Below the pieces are notes generated by a model. That model had not been told where the DNA came from. It ran no database searches and saw only the letters and a list, made by a program, of their open reading frames with translations. A stretch of 64,000 nucleotides of DNA from Antedon mediterranea. Taxonomy: Eukaryota > Animalia > Echinodermata. The stretch is from positions 13,640,001-13,704,000 of the forward strand of contig NC_092671.1 in NCBI RefSeq assembly GCF_964355755.1, given 5' to 3'. The position numbers and the translations under genes were made by a program. Shown here one piece after another: positions 1 through 14,315 of the stretch. Within the stretch, counting starts at the first letter, position 1. Every line of letters starts with the position of its first letter.

Positions 1-1271
1 TTCTTAATTGTTTGATAAACTCATATTCTGATGATGTGTATATTCTTTTACTATTGAATGTAGTGATTCTAATCAATGATTGAGTTGAATTAATATCATG
101 GTTGATTGGAAGTGTCTTGTCTTTTCCTTTTATAAAAAGATTTTAAACTTTGATAACCCAGATACAATATACTGTATAAATCATTATCTCTTTTTTTATG
201 TATTTTCTCATTGTGGTATTTCTAGATAAAAGAATTGAACTTTGATAAGACTGGTTTTATTTTATATCTTTCTAAGAGGATATTTGACAGTATCCTTGAA
301 ATCACAGATCTTTTTACGATCTAATTCAATAAAAGTTCAGTCAATCAATTTTTATGGTCAACCTCCATATAATCAGGCAAAAGAAATAATAAATTTCCCA
401 ACATTTCAAATTTTCAGAAAACGTAAAGTGTGGTTAGTGGAATTGCATATACCGGTAAACCTATTTTAGTATTGGGAAATTATACATATTTTCCTAAAGA
501 GAAATAGTCTGTTTTTTTATTTTATAATACACTGTCAAAAAAGATTTATACGATTACGAGAGGCTATCAAAAATCATTGTGTGCATTCAATTCTCAAATA
601 GGCTCCAGAGATTCTATAATGTTTATTACATTGAATATCACAAGACACAGAAGCATTGTTTATGGCATGTTGTAAATTGCTTGGCAAGAACAAAATTATA
701 AAAATAATAAAATCAATTTTTATATAATCTCTAGGCTCTACTTTTTAACAATATAATTTATAAGCGTCATTCATTTTTTTTGTCAATTTGTCTTCAATTT
801 CGAAAAGCCTAAAATGATCTATTATTTCTTTTTGCAGTCTAAGTAACATTTGTGCAGGCAAAGTAACACTAGAGTTATAGCATTATAAATAAATAATATC
901 GCAATAATCATGGATTATTGTCATCCAGACTATGATAGAAATATGAACATTTTTGGTTTTCCTTTGATAACAATATACTAATTTCCATCACAATTATAAC
1001 ATAAATGATATTACAATTTATCAAAATTTCACAGGCAGTGGTTCCCTCCGACTTTAGGGAGGGGAATATTAAAATTAACAGCTATGAGGGGCCAACTCAT
1101 CTAAAATAACCATGCAGAATTTATTAATATCAATAAGTTTTGTTGGCTATAATGGATTCCCACTCCTTCAGTTTTTTCAACAGGGCCCAGATTTTGTTAA
1201 CCCTCTACTCTTCCAAATGATGCACTGGGTAAATAATTGACAGTAAATAAATGTTAAATATTAATACAAAC

Positions 1272-1416
1272 CCTTTCTGATAGATCCTTCTACCAATGAG
1301 AATGATTAACATAAAAATTAGAAGAAAACTAAGTGTTGATGCTGAGATGATGATAAACAACGGAAAATCACTATCTCTTTCTTCAAGTACATAATTCATA
1401 ACAATTGTAGAAGGAC
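1272..1416 (-). CDS. Multi-EGF receptor transmembrane exon (probable)
   Basis: TTTCAG acceptor, phase 1 matches exon 4. Encodes ...DSDFPLFIIISASTLSFLLIFMLIILIGRRIYQK (TM helix followed by basic stop-transfer residues). GTTTGT donor is weak. Confidence 0.65.
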
Positions 1417-1611
1417 CTGAAATGAACAAAATAAACATCAGTATATATTAGATTAATATTGCATAAAAGCATCGCAATATAAAAAGTTATGTTATTTATG
1501 TTAAATATTGATATATAGAGAAATAGCGGATTCATGATTTTTAAAGAACAGGAGGTGCGGGGGTGAGAGGAAGGACAAAAATGCTGACCCTACTGGTCTA
1601 TCTTTTACTTA

Positions 1612-1790
1612 AGCGTGGTTCCCACTAGAATGTAACGCAAGGACGTAAACGCAACGCAAGCGTTTTAACCAATGACAAGCAAAGTTATAAACAGTTAGCA
1701 ATCAAAAGCGAATAAGCCATCGCTTGTGATTGGTCAGTTCACTTGCGTTGCGTTACGTCCTTGCGTTGCGTCGCTAGTGAGAACCACGCT
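1612..1790. mobile_element. PIF/Harbinger-like MITE (near-perfect hairpin, ~180 bp)
   Basis: Long TIRs AGCGTGGTTCCCACTAG...CTAGTGAGAACCACGCT flanked by TTA/TAA. A decayed relative lies at ~10815-10930. Confidence 0.8.
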
Positions 1791-2436
1791 TAAGTATCTA
1801 CAAAATGTAAATGAAGACAGGCCAGAATCCCCCAAACTTCAACAGTTTAAGTATACTGTACACCAAAGAGCATAATGTATGTATTGACACTGGGAATACA
1901 CTAAAGTGTATTTACAAGGCCAGTAAAAAACTTAAATTAGATATAATAATAATAATATAATAATCAGGGAAGAGTGAATCTTCCCTGATAAAAACATAAT
2001 ACAATCATTTTTCCAAACTAATTTAAGATTTAGCATCAAGGGACCAATAGAAAACAACTGTTGAGTTAAATACATACATACTATATAATAGTAAAATTGT
2101 TATAGTCAGACAGGCAATGGTTAAATTTGAATCTCTGGAGACATTAGTTAATACATTTTGATTGTTGGCCATAAACTGTCTACTTATTCATCTTTCATAA
2201 AATACTTCAAACACACTATTAGTATATACAGAGTTTGAGAAAGTATTTTGATTTTGTTTAGTAACCACCCCTCCTCTGAACCTCCATACCCTCTCTAATG
2301 AATAAAAACACACCAAATGGTTAGCTGACGTAATTTCCACAAACATAAATCAAGATGTTTACCACTAATACACAACATAGGTTTTTAAAAGAAGTTACAA
2401 ACAGGTGTTATAATTAATCAAAGTAATTAATTTGAT

Positions 2437-3085
2437 AAATACACTAACACCAAGGGGTATACTAATATATCACAAATACACTAACATCAAGGGGTATACT
2501 AATATATCACAAATACACTAACAGTAAGGGGTATACTAATATATCACAAATACACTAACACCAAGGGATATACTAATATATCACAAATACACTAACACCA
2601 AGGGGTATACTAATATATCACAAATACACTAACAGCAAGGGGTATACTAATATATCACAAATACACTAACATCAAGGGGTATACTAATATATCACAAATA
2701 CACTAACACCAAGGGGTATACTAATATATCACAAATACACTAATATATCACAAATACACTAACATCCAGGGGTATACTAATACATCACAAATACACTAAT
2801 ATATCACAAATACACTAACACCAAGGGATATACTAATATATCACAAATACACTAACACCAAGGGGTATACTAATATATCACAAATACACTAATATATCAC
2901 AAATACACTAACATAAAGGGGTGCACACTAAAAAATCACAAATACACTAATATTATCACAAATACACTAACATCAAGGGATGTACATTAATATATCACAA
3001 ATTACACTAATGTCAAGGTTTACACTATCACAAATACACCAACATCAAGGTGTACACTAATATATGAAGGGGTACACTAATATAT
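2437..3085. repeat. 37-bp minisatellite (CAAATACACTAACACCAAGGGGTATACTAATATATCA) with interspersed 19-bp sub-units, decaying to the right
   Basis: Direct tandem copies; period 37 (e.g. 2473, 2510). Confidence 0.92.
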
Positions 3086-5262
3086 TAAGAATTCCATTAG
3101 TAGTATTATAACATCTTGAGTAGCACCCGCTAGGCTTGATCTCCTCCATTAGTTGTAAAATGAATAGCGGCTGGTTTTTAAGGTTTTACAATATAGAATG
3201 ATTGATATCGTCAATATTCCTAACTAACGTCATACAAGATGTCGCTTACCGTACTAAAACCTTACTTTGGAGATTAATCTGATATACAGCATGCAATATA
3301 AAAGTCACTAGTACTAATACTAAGTTATAGTTTATAACCAAAAACTAAATGCAATAACACCAACTTAACATCAATAATCAAATCTCTTTAGTACAACTAT
3401 AGTTTCTTTATAATTGTAGTTGTTGTGAAATCATCATTGATCTAACTAGTATTTTATGATGGATTGGTAGCAAGAGGTATGAAAAAGGAAATTTTTTTAA
3501 TTAAAATGTGATTTCATTGGTCAGTTGGTTGGTTGTGTTTCTCTGTTCCTTTCTGTTTTCACAACATATTCACAAAACAGTACTATCAATTAGTAGTACA
3601 GCTAATAATTGTGAGAGGGAGCCACTGCCTGTGTCACTTTGACAAGTAATATCGTTTTGTGTTAAAATGATTGTTTAATAAAATATAAATAATTTAAGTA
3701 TGATGACTTAAATGAGACTGTCTGCTCCATTAGGCAAATGGGTGCCATGAGATCAAGTATTATATAATATATACACATTTATCATTAGATTTTAGGAAAT
3801 TTAATACTCTAACAGCAGACTATTTGACGCATAATATACTGTTTAATAACACTAAAAATATAGGTCTCATTTCCATATGCTTAAAAATGGATAAAAGGAT
3901 ACATTTAATTTATCGAAGTAACACTATCATTATCATTAAAAACAGAGTGAAAAAATTTATATGTGCATATTATATCTGAGATAGGATATTATGCTGATGA
4001 TGTTTTTTTATATTTTACATGATGGGGAAGTTTGGATGACAGTAATTATCATAAATAAAGTTATATATAGTTTTAAAACTATCTTTTTGAAAGTTCCTAA
4101 ATAATTGATTACAGTATTTTTAAATTGTTAAATTACTTGTATTGTTACAAACAAGAAAAATAACTTTATTCTTTGGAATAATTGAAAAAAAAAAAACCAA
4201 ATAAATACAGATTAAATGAGTACCTTTAGCTCGTCAATAGTACAATTATACTAAAAAAGTAGAAGTAACATTAATTTTTGAGTACAATAATAATGTATTC
4301 TCTACAGTAGGCCTACAAAAACCTCAGTTACTTTGCAAGGCTTATCAGAATTAGCAATGACTCAATATTCGCATTTTCTCGTTTTATGAAATCCCATGAC
4401 TACAAAATGTGGCTTACGTCTAGTATAAATGATTCATTGTATGTATGGTTGCGTCTTATTTAGGGATATGTATTGATATTTGTATATTACGATTTTAATA
4501 ACATGTGTAAAGAATTTCTCGATGTTTAGCTATTGTATGTTCTTTATTTTTTTGGAACATTTTAGACTCAAACTGCTCTTAGTATCATCCTCCTACACGG
4601 TTTATTTATTGTACACACAAAATAAAAACAATAAAGATCTATAGGTGTCTTAATCTTTGTTTGAAAAAAAAACCATATTTCAGCCTCACAAACATGATGC
4701 ATTTAGAATCCATTGACGCTGTCTGTACAAAATATAACACAGCCACTTGATATTAAATAGCTTGTATACTGCAATATAGTTTGCAATATTTCTGTTTTAA
4801 CAATTGTACTGTAGATGCGGTAATTACGCAGAGTATATTGAATTTCCAGTCAGGAATGATTAATTGAATACATTAGTGCTTGTTGTTGATGTGATATCGC
4901 AACATAAACACATTAATGAAACATGGGAATTTTAATATGTATTTGATATCAAATATTCAAGGTTAAAATAGATTCTATATGGAAATTGATATACTGGTGA
5001 AATGAGGATGTTAATTAAGTTAATAAACAATTTTTATAGATTATTATAAATATTGGTCCCTTCTGGGACTGGAGCTGATGAAACATTATTACTACCTAGA
5101 AACTAGCTTTATGAAAACTAATTGATAGCCAACACTGCTTCATCAAATTTAAACAAATACGGGACAGTCATGCAGCTCATGTTTAAAAACACTGCGTAAA
5201 GTTTGAAAAAAAAAAGCTGTAATATTCTATAGCAAATACAGTATGCACTTTTAAAGACTTAC

Positions 5263-5378
5263 TTTGGGAATATGGTAAAGGACAGGCACCATTGATGGGG
5301 TTACACATCCCATGATTACATGTACATGTATGCAAACAACTTGGGCCAAAGAATCCTCTTGGACAAGAAACATTACAT
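5263..5378 (-). CDS. Multi-EGF receptor exon 4 (last EGF-like repeat)
   Basis: CNVSCPRGFFGPSCLHTCTCNHGMCNPINGACPLPYSQ; CTCAG acceptor, GTAAGT donor, phases 2/1. Confidence 0.85.
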
Positions 5379-6512
5379 CTGAGAATTAAAAAAAATATAT
5401 ATGAAGATACAAGATAATGTCTATTGCCTTTTCCAATGTTCTGTATGAGATCGTAAAACTGGTTCATATGAGAAAATAATAATTACTGTAGGCCTACTGC
5501 CTTATATTCCAATCTCCAAAATTAGAATTCTTTAAGTAATGATCAATGTGAAGGTATAAGGTTTACTGAGTCAGACATACAATTATTTAAAAGATGATGG
5601 TTTCACTTTGATTTGGATGACAGTGTGCTACTTTAAGTGAAACAATGAGTCATGCAGATATTAAATGATATACAGTAGTCTACAGGTAGAAGAGTACTGT
5701 ATTACTCGCATGTTTAAATATAATTAGTTATTTAATCATTTATAGTAATCATTTATGAATAATAAGAGTGTTTCTACTTTAAAAAAACATGGAAAAGCCT
5801 GTGTTTATTTCAAAACAGAAATAAAGTATCAAACCGGATATGTTAATAATAATTGCAGATAGAACATTTTTCGAGAAGTTACATCAAATAAATATAACAT
5901 AAACATTGCATAGATTAAATATGATAAACTGTTTGTGATGACTTGTGCTTTTAATAGCAGACCGCTCATTAAATACTATTTCTATATGATGAGTTATAAA
6001 TGGACTAAACTGATGGTGTTATGATGAGGTTTCACCCGACACATTAACAGCAGTATGCTTGGTGCCATTTAAGGAAATGTATCTAGAAAACATTTTGAAT
6101 GTTTCAAACATGCTATGCTTTAAATATAAATTATATGATATCAGAAGCGGTAGAGAACATGATAATTATATACAGTAAGTGTATTATTTTAGGGAAAAAA
6201 ATTGTACAAAACTTGATTAAATTGCAATATTTCTTTGATTTTCTTTTGAATTTGTTGAATTTCCTAAACTGAGCACCATTTATTTACTATTGTATAAAGT
6301 GTAACATTGTGTAGTCCAAAAGATCTATTTTGCACTACAGTATGCAAGTGCTATTAAACATTTGTGCAGGGCATGGTAAACTGGTAAAGGTACAAATACT
6401 TCGTTTGGTATACTCAATATCAAATATTCTCACTAATTTGTATTTGTAAATATCTTAGCCTAAGTAAAAAGATTGATAAACTAAAGTACTTTAAAACAAA
6501 ACAAAATCTTAC

Positions 6513-7779
6513 CTTTCACCTTTAAATCCCGATTCACACACATCACACGACCCATTGACGTGGAAGCATACATTGAGTCTTGGACATTTTGGACATGTTA
6601 AACTACAAGCAGGACCAAACAATCCAGGAGTACACATTGCTTCACATTCAGCTCCACTCCAACCAGGTTCACAGTTACATTTACCAGAAACTGCATCACA
6701 TGTTTCATTACCACGGCAGTTGCATTTATTTAAACAGCTTGGCCCGTAGTAGCCTTCAGGGCATGGTAGTATGCAGGTTGGTCCTGAATAGCCAGCCGGA
6801 CAAACACATTCATCGTAATCATCATGGCATATAAGTGGACCTTCGCACAAGCATTGCTCACAGTTGATCCCGCCTCTAGAAGACCGACACATCTCTTCAC
6901 AGTCTTTACCCTGGTAACCTGCATCACACAAACATGTGCCTGTTTCTGGATTACATTGTGCACCGTTCTGACAAGTACATTTTTGTGCGCATTTATACCC
7001 GTACGTACCCTTCAAACATGGTTGACGACAATCTTCCCCTCCCCATCCTACCAGACACTCATTTAAACACTGACCTGTGACATGATGGCATGGCAATCCT
7101 TTACAGTTGCATTCCTCGCTGCATCCTATCCCATAATAATCACTATCGCAAGGAGAATTACATGATCTACCTGTCCAACCATTTGTACAATCACATTGTC
7201 TCATTTTTGTATCACACATTGCATCATTTGCGCATAGAGTACTATCGCAGTCCGGTATACATTTATTAGGATGAATACTTGGATCGCAAATCTCACAGTG
7301 CTTGCCAGTATATCCTACAGAACAGCTACATTGTTTTACAATTGTGTCGCACACACCTCCATTTATGCATATTGCATTACAATAATCAAAACACTGCATT
7401 GTTGTTGATGCAGGTAAACATATCTCGCATCTTTCTCCACTAAATCCAAGAGGTTCACACATGCAGATCCCATTAACACTGCTGCAATCTGCGCCATTAA
7501 GACAGTCACACTCTTCTCTGCAGTACCTTCCAAAAGTTCCACGTGGACACTGTCTTTCACAAGTGTTGCCGATGAATCCAGGAAGACATACACAGTCACC
7601 GTTGACAGGTTCGCAGTCAGCACCGTTAATGCAATTGCATTCGTACATACAGTCTTGACCATATCTACCAATATTACACGGGAGCTCGCACTTAGTGCCC
7701 TCCCATCCTGGAGGACATAGGCACTTCCCTGTGTTCATATTACAATTCCCACGAGAACAATGAAGCTCATTTGAACATT
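6513..7779 (-). CDS. Multi-EGF receptor exon 3: ~10 EGF/laminin-EGF-like repeats in one 1267-nt exon
   Basis: ORF 6509..7738 with repeated C-x-NGA-x-C...G-x-C-x-C-x-x-G-x-x-G-x-x-C-x-x-x-C-x-x-G-x-YG-x-x-C. Acceptor AG at 7781-7780, GTAAG donor at 6512. Confidence 0.92.
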
Positions 7780-7932
7780 CTAAAACAAATTAATAAATAT
7801 TTATTAATAAGATATATTATTTAGACACGGTAAAACCTTTCATAACATGACATTGGCTCAACTTGGTCAATTACAAAAACATTATCATTATCTTTATTAT
7901 CTTTTTGCTTTTTAATTTAAAATGAAACATAC

Positions 7933-7994
7933 TCCATACAACACACATGTTCCCAACTTGATCGTACCCATTACAACAAAACCAGAATCCGGTC
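7933..7994 (-). CDS. Multi-EGF receptor exon 2 (CCxGY motif)
   Basis: TTTTAG acceptor and GTATGT donor. Encodes TGFWFCCNGYDQVGNMCVVW; phases 2/1 join both neighbours in frame. Confidence 0.75.
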
Positions 7995-8211
7995 CTAAAA
8001 AAGACAAAATTCATACAGTATTATAATTATACAAATAATGAATGTTGAAACACTTTATAAACGTTTACAGTATGTACAGTATGTATAAAATGAGCATGTA
8101 ATAAACCAAATGTACATGAATATAACAAATTTAATGCAATGTAAAGCTATAGTTATTAATGTCATTGGCATGTGTTCTATATTCCTTCAATCAAAGGGTC
8201 TCTTCTACTTA

Positions 8212-8424
8212 GGCCGTGTTCCCACAGCCACAAATTAACCAATAATTAACAGATAAACTGCCCTGTGGAAACGGTTTAACCGATTCCACTCAAGAAAAAT
8301 TAAATAGTAATTATCTATTGCTGCGCTGTGATTGGGCATCTGGTTGTTTGGTAATGACTGATCATGCGCACTATATTGGTTAAAAAATTAACCGACATTT
8401 TTTTTTGGCTGCGGAAACACGGCC
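8212..8424. mobile_element. PIF/Harbinger-like MITE in intron 1 of the EGF receptor
   Basis: TIRs GGCCGTGTTCCCACAGCCA / TGGCTGCGGAAACACGGCC with a TTA duplication on both sides (8209-8211, 8425-8427). Confidence 0.8.
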
Positions 8425-8551
8425 TTATACATATATTCTCAGTAACCTGAGATTAGTGAAAGCGTTTTTATTTATTCTAAAGTACATACTTAAGCCACAG
8501 TAAGTCTGTGTAACAATCTTTTATAAATAATCGTTTAATTTGTTTACTTAC

Positions 8552-8655
8552 TCTTCATCTTGACATGCGTTTGGTACATATGATGACAATTGTGCACTGA
8601 TGATTCTTGCTTCCATGACAACCATAAACAAAACACAACATGTGAACAGTGCCAT
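8552..8655 (-). CDS. Multi-EGF receptor (MEGF10/Draper/SREC-like), first coding exon: signal peptide
   Basis: ATG at 8655 gives MALFTCCVLFMVVMEARIISAQLSSYVPNACQDE (hydrophobic leader). GTAAGT donor at 8551-8546, phase 2, compatible with the next exon. Confidence 0.75.
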
Positions 8656-9664
8656 TACTATGTGCTATTTATAGAATGTCCAGTTCCTCTCCAAACATTA
8701 TTGATCTGGAATGTAACCAAAGTAATTATTCAAATGTACATGTAATGTAAAAATACATATGCAAATTTTAAATAGTATGCAAATTTATTTATTTTTTCTT
8801 CATTAAAGTGGCAAATGACACCTTTAAAAAAAATGTTGGGCATGCCAAAATACCAGTCTTTATCATGATGTACTTATCATTTATTTTAGTAGCATTTCAT
8901 TTGAAATATAGTATACAGTAATTATACAACAAAACAAATTGCTAGATACTGTAGATAGCTCATTATTTTTTATAATATATGGATTATACTTCTACCTGTC
9001 AAATAAACTAATCCGCAGATTACCACTCAGTTTGATTCATCTAGATAAAATGCTTGAAACAGATTCTTAAATTAGCATACCATACCTGAGGTAAGCATAG
9101 ATAGACTAGGCCTAAAGGTTCTAGCCATCTCTATAATCCATTCATAAAATGTCAATTGACAATTTTACACTTTACCTTTTGAACTGTCAATGTCGATTGA
9201 ATTAAAATATTTTATGTATATCAGTTTTGGATTACTAATATTTGATTATAAAAAGACTTATTTATTAATGTCAAAAAATACTGATACCGTTAAGTGGCTT
9301 ATATTAATTATACAGTACTTTATCTATATACTGTAGAGAATACGGATGTATTCTTTATGAAACATATGATAATCTGAAACATAATTAACAATATTTGATA
9401 CAGCATAGAGGATAATGAATTAACAAAATATTATATTATCTACTACCAGTTCAACATGCTTATTATTGTTATACCTTTTTTTAGAATAATGCAAAACAGT
9501 ACGTTTAGGAAAAATAAAAATAGTTTTCAATTAAGTATGTTTATAATCCCCAAAAAATTGGAAATTAGAAAGTTTCGAAACCAGTCACTAATTTAAAATT
9601 GCAGATAAATGGAAAGTTCATTCATAAATTTGTTCAACTGTACTCTACTGTAGGTGAAACACTG

Positions 9665-10277
9665 AGGTATGTTCTGACTCACAGCGTTAAGGTGGCGTTA
9701 TGTAAGTAAGCGGCGTACATAATTTTGTGTCTGAACTATGCCGCGGATTAGCGTTAGGGAGCTGTTACGCTGTGCCAGTGGCTATAATAACCCTAGCAAG
9801 CGAGGGTAGATTTAATAACGCTAATCCAGTGATGCATCAGTGATTTTACCCTTAACCAATGAAAAGACACGACCACGATTAGCAGACAGCAACTTTATAC
9901 CTGTACCTGTATACGACAGTGAAATAGCTATGTCAAATGTATTTTCAGGTTTTCAATTTTAAAAAACAGTAAAGTTGGCGTCAGTGATATCATATTTTCA
10001 TAAGTTAAATCAATTAATCAGATAATTGTCCGTGTAATAATTACGTTTTAAATTATTTTGAATAAAAATGCAATTCTACAAGTAGTAAGAACAAATCAAA
10101 ATATTTGAAGGTAACATTATGTAAATAAAAGTAACAAAAAAACAATTTTACGATAAAACTTTCACATACTGTATATTTCTATCTGCTTTGACCTGATCAG
10201 AGTGTTTTAAACGCACAGATTACCGTACGACTTGCGTAGATAACGCTACCTCAACGCCGTTAGTCTGAACATACCCT
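9665..10277. mobile_element. MITE (~610 bp), probably PIF/Harbinger-like
   Basis: Imperfect ~35-bp TIRs GGTATGTTCTGACTCACAGCGTTAAGGTGGCGTTAT / ATAACGCTACCTCAACGCCGTTAGTCTGAACATACC; TGA near both ends. Confidence 0.7.
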
Positions 10278-13200
10278 TGAGATAAATTACAGAATACTAT
10301 AATATTCCCACTACTCATGTATGGAATATCTTTATCCCCATGACCTTTATTTATACTCTTTCCATGCCTTTAAAATCAAAATAATATTTATTGTTAAAAC
10401 TCTACAACAGATGTTGTACTGTAATCAAGTTCTTTCCTCATTTCTTGTGACCATTGATCACCACCATGGGATGTCTTGTCTTTATCTGTTAATCTGTGGT
10501 CACTGAACCAGAAATATATTGTGTGGATATGCATAAGGCTGAATTCCATGAGTTAAGCTACCTTTTCCCATTTCCTGTGGTTACTACATCATTTCAACAT
10601 GTGTTTTAAACTTTCATTTTGTCATGTAACTTTTATTCAACACACTATTACATGTATATTGAACACTCCAATGTAGTGTGGTTGTAAATCTGAATTATAA
10701 CTTGGAATATTGTAATAACATTTTCCGCCATGAATCCAACCCTTCTCTACAAAATTTAACTTGAGATGAGAAAGGCGTACAACATTGTATCGTCAAAATG
10801 CTGATAACATCCAATTGGTTCCTGTTTGGAAGCAATGCAAAGGACGTAATGTGACCATTCATGACACGAACTGTAGCTTGTGATTGGTCAACTCACTTGC
10901 GTTGCATATATGTTGTTGCATTGTGTCCAAGCTTTTAGACAAATTGCGAAAACAAACTACAAATGAATACAGGGCAATATGGGAGAATCTCAGAAGTCAA
11001 TTCATTTCCAAATATACTTTTGTATTTGCGGTATAAAAATTAATTTATACCGTGTACACAAACTATATTGAATGTATTTTTATCATATACAACCATCTTT
11101 ATAGGCCTAACTGACAGATATACCTTTTATAGTGGAGCTATTGTCTGGGTACAATTACTTTTAGCAATCTCATCAAATATCTTATTCATATCCAATTTCT
11201 TCCCTGTACTTGGAACAATTACAATTAATGGAATTTAGGTAAATTTAAACCACTGCATGTGTCAATGAATTAGATCTGCTGTACCCAACAGGAATTTGTT
11301 TACAACCAAAGATACAGATTTAAAGGTATTTGACAACTACTTGTTAAATTCTTGAGAAATTTTGGTTTTATCAAAATGACATCATCTTTACATCGTTATT
11401 TATGCTCCATTTAACCAGTTAAAAAGTAAAGTATATGGCAAATCTTTACCATTTTTTACCTATTCTGTGTATTTATAATCAAATAAATAATTCATTGGTT
11501 AATTTTCGCCAAATATAACAGGCCTTCCTTAGTAGAGTACTAACAAAATCAAACAATTTTGATATACTGTAGTAGAAATGATTAATTGGATTTTACTTTT
11601 ACTATTAACTCAAACATGGAGTTTGAGAAAAAATTAATTCCTGATAAAACTTCAATTGAAACAGAAAATGAAGAAAAAAAACATTATGCCAAAGGGGAAA
11701 CTGTCAAAAAATGCTAAAAAGGAAAACTATAGGCTTAAAAAGTGTAAATTAAGTCATTTTATCTTGCATAATTGCCTCTCATTTTATGAATACACCTTAG
11801 GCAAGTAGTTGTAGATAACTTGAAACATACAAATTGAAACTTAATAAATAATAATGGGTCAATTTATTCTCCAGGGAAGCTCTATCAACAATCACAATTC
11901 AAGTGACTCATTTTTTTCATGCATGTGTCTACTAAAATGCTAGAAAAAGAAAATACTGTTTTGTATTCCAACACCTTGAGTTTAGAAATCTACCAAATGA
12001 GTCATTATTTGATTTTTCCATAACAGAATTGGGATACAGTTCAACATCTAGATTCTTTTTTGCAAAATTCAAGGTCATGAACGTTTGGCATATAAAATGG
12101 TTATTATTGGAACATCAGGTAAAATAGCCTATTTTATGAACTGAGTGATCGTTTGGTATATATAACAAAAACTGATTTTTTTTTCCAAACAAATACTGTA
12201 TTATGTTTCAATATTTAAAGTTATTTATGCATAAATATTTTGTGGTCATCACTTGAGTCATGAATCTAATGTTCATAGTAGTTCCACTGGGCAACAAAAA
12301 GTCATTGACCTCAAAATCATCTTTGTTTGTTGTAAGCTGGGAGGTAGTTGTAAGTAATGATTATTTTGTGGTTACTGATCTTTTAGTTATTAGGCCACTA
12401 TTCAAGTACTACCTAGGTATACATATTTACTAAACCACATAATTCAGGACATTGTTAAATAAATATATCCACAAACATTATAAGCATTTTTATACAGTAG
12501 TATAATAATAATAATAATAATTTATTTGGAGATTACACTTTTACAACAATGGCACTCGACCAAATGGAAGGTGCATCCAAAAGAAATGTACACAAAAAAA
12601 CAACATGATATAGAAAATAACAATTAGGCCTACAATAAAAAGTCGACGTAGGTCAAAATGTCAAAACAATTCAACTACAGTAACTACAATACCATTGGTA
12701 ATTAACACTACAGCAGCAGGAAACCCACTGACACCTAAAAATACAAAATTACAAGAAATAAACAATAATAGAATAGGTAGGAACTGTACAATATAAAATG
12801 AATTGGGCAACAACAATGTAGACCTAACACTATAATGAGATAGATATCAATCATTTAGTTTGATTGATATGAACATTACTCGCCTAGAACATTATGTTTG
12901 TGACAAATCACAATCAATGTTAACTACATACACACATATAATATAGTAGTCATAGACTAGTACAACATGTTCAGTACATACTTACATTAAGTGAATACTT
13001 TGGTGATCACATCCTAAAGCCACTATCCAAAATAATACTTGCTGTAGAAAAATGGGACCAGTGTTTAGAAATCAATTATTTCCTGAACATGGCAATGCGT
13101 TCATATAGCACACAATGAACACACACCGACTGTCACGTTCCACTGACTGAACGTAAATAAATATATCTACACTTTCTTATGATAAAACCTCATGAATGAG

Positions 13201-14315
13201 TGTGGTCTGTTATCCCATGGCTTTATACGCAAGACATGGTCATGGGTCACTGATCTCAAATTAACCAATCACCACTTGCATTGAGTTGAAGATATATGAA
13301 GGCTTGAAATGTTTAAAGTATAAAACTAAACTCTAGAGATTGTATACTGACATTTATGAATTGCTACAAAACCAAACCATCTACAATGTCATGTTTATTA
13401 CAGTATTTTTGTTATCATTGACTAGACCCATGTTTGATCATTGTTCTGTTTCTGCCCCATGCATATCATGTGTTATTTGCCATTTATGTTTGTTGGCAAT
13501 AAAGTGAAATGTCAGCTTATCAAATAGTGTACATTTCCAATGATTTTTCTAGTTTTTAAATTGGGTAAGAGAAAAAAGAACACTAGATTTTCACCAGTAT
13601 TTGATTGTCAATTACTTGACTCAACTCAATTTCAACAATAAAACGTTATTTATTTTCGTTTGCATTTGTCATTCACAGTCCAAAATCTTCCTATAAATTC
13701 TTCACCAATACGCCCACCATATTGGTATAATTGAACCAATATGCGAAACGCACCCACCATAGGGTGAAGAACCACCTGTGTGATTGAAAGAAACACTACC
13801 TTTCAAAGACAACTATAATGTCAAGGTTAGAATGTATACAATAATAGGGCTGGAAACAATTTGGCAGGATGAGAAGGTATGACTTTTAATGGTTTTACAC
13901 ATTAACTTCACATTATTCAGTATCTATTATATAACACCTGAATATTAATTAAAATTCCTGTCATTTGATTGGACGATTGTGGGTCACATGACAGGCACTA
14001 GTACGCACTATTTAACGATTGCTAAAGCCAATCCTTACATTATGCCATTATTGTACCATTCCACTCATAAACATTCATACAGTATACTGTATACAGTCAC
14101 TTATCCTAAGCAATGCTTTAATTGATTTTTTAATCTTGTTAAAAAGCACTGAATTAAATAAAGAGCCCGTTAAACAATGCTGCAAGTTAAAAGAACAATA
14201 AAAAAGAACCAGTTCATGATAGATTCAAATTAGGGTACACAAGGCATCAGGCATAATTAAATGTATGAAATACCCGAGGCTGAAGCCTATACATTACAAC
14301 CCATGGTAGATAATA

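Noticed and set aside
1-126. Possible cytoplasmic exon of the EGF receptor (minus strand KDKTLPINHD...SEYEFIKQLR)
   Set aside because: The frame is open, but the acceptor is weak and its phase does not match the TM exon donor; I could not find a bridging exon.
6555-7671. Plus-strand and off-frame ORFs overlapping the large EGF exon
   Set aside because: Shadows of the Cys-rich coding sequence, with no independent features.
12980-13270. 5' UTR exon and promoter of the EGF receptor (donor-like site ~12985, AT-rich box, CCAAT)
   Set aside because: Motifs are too short to support in AT-rich DNA without transcript data.
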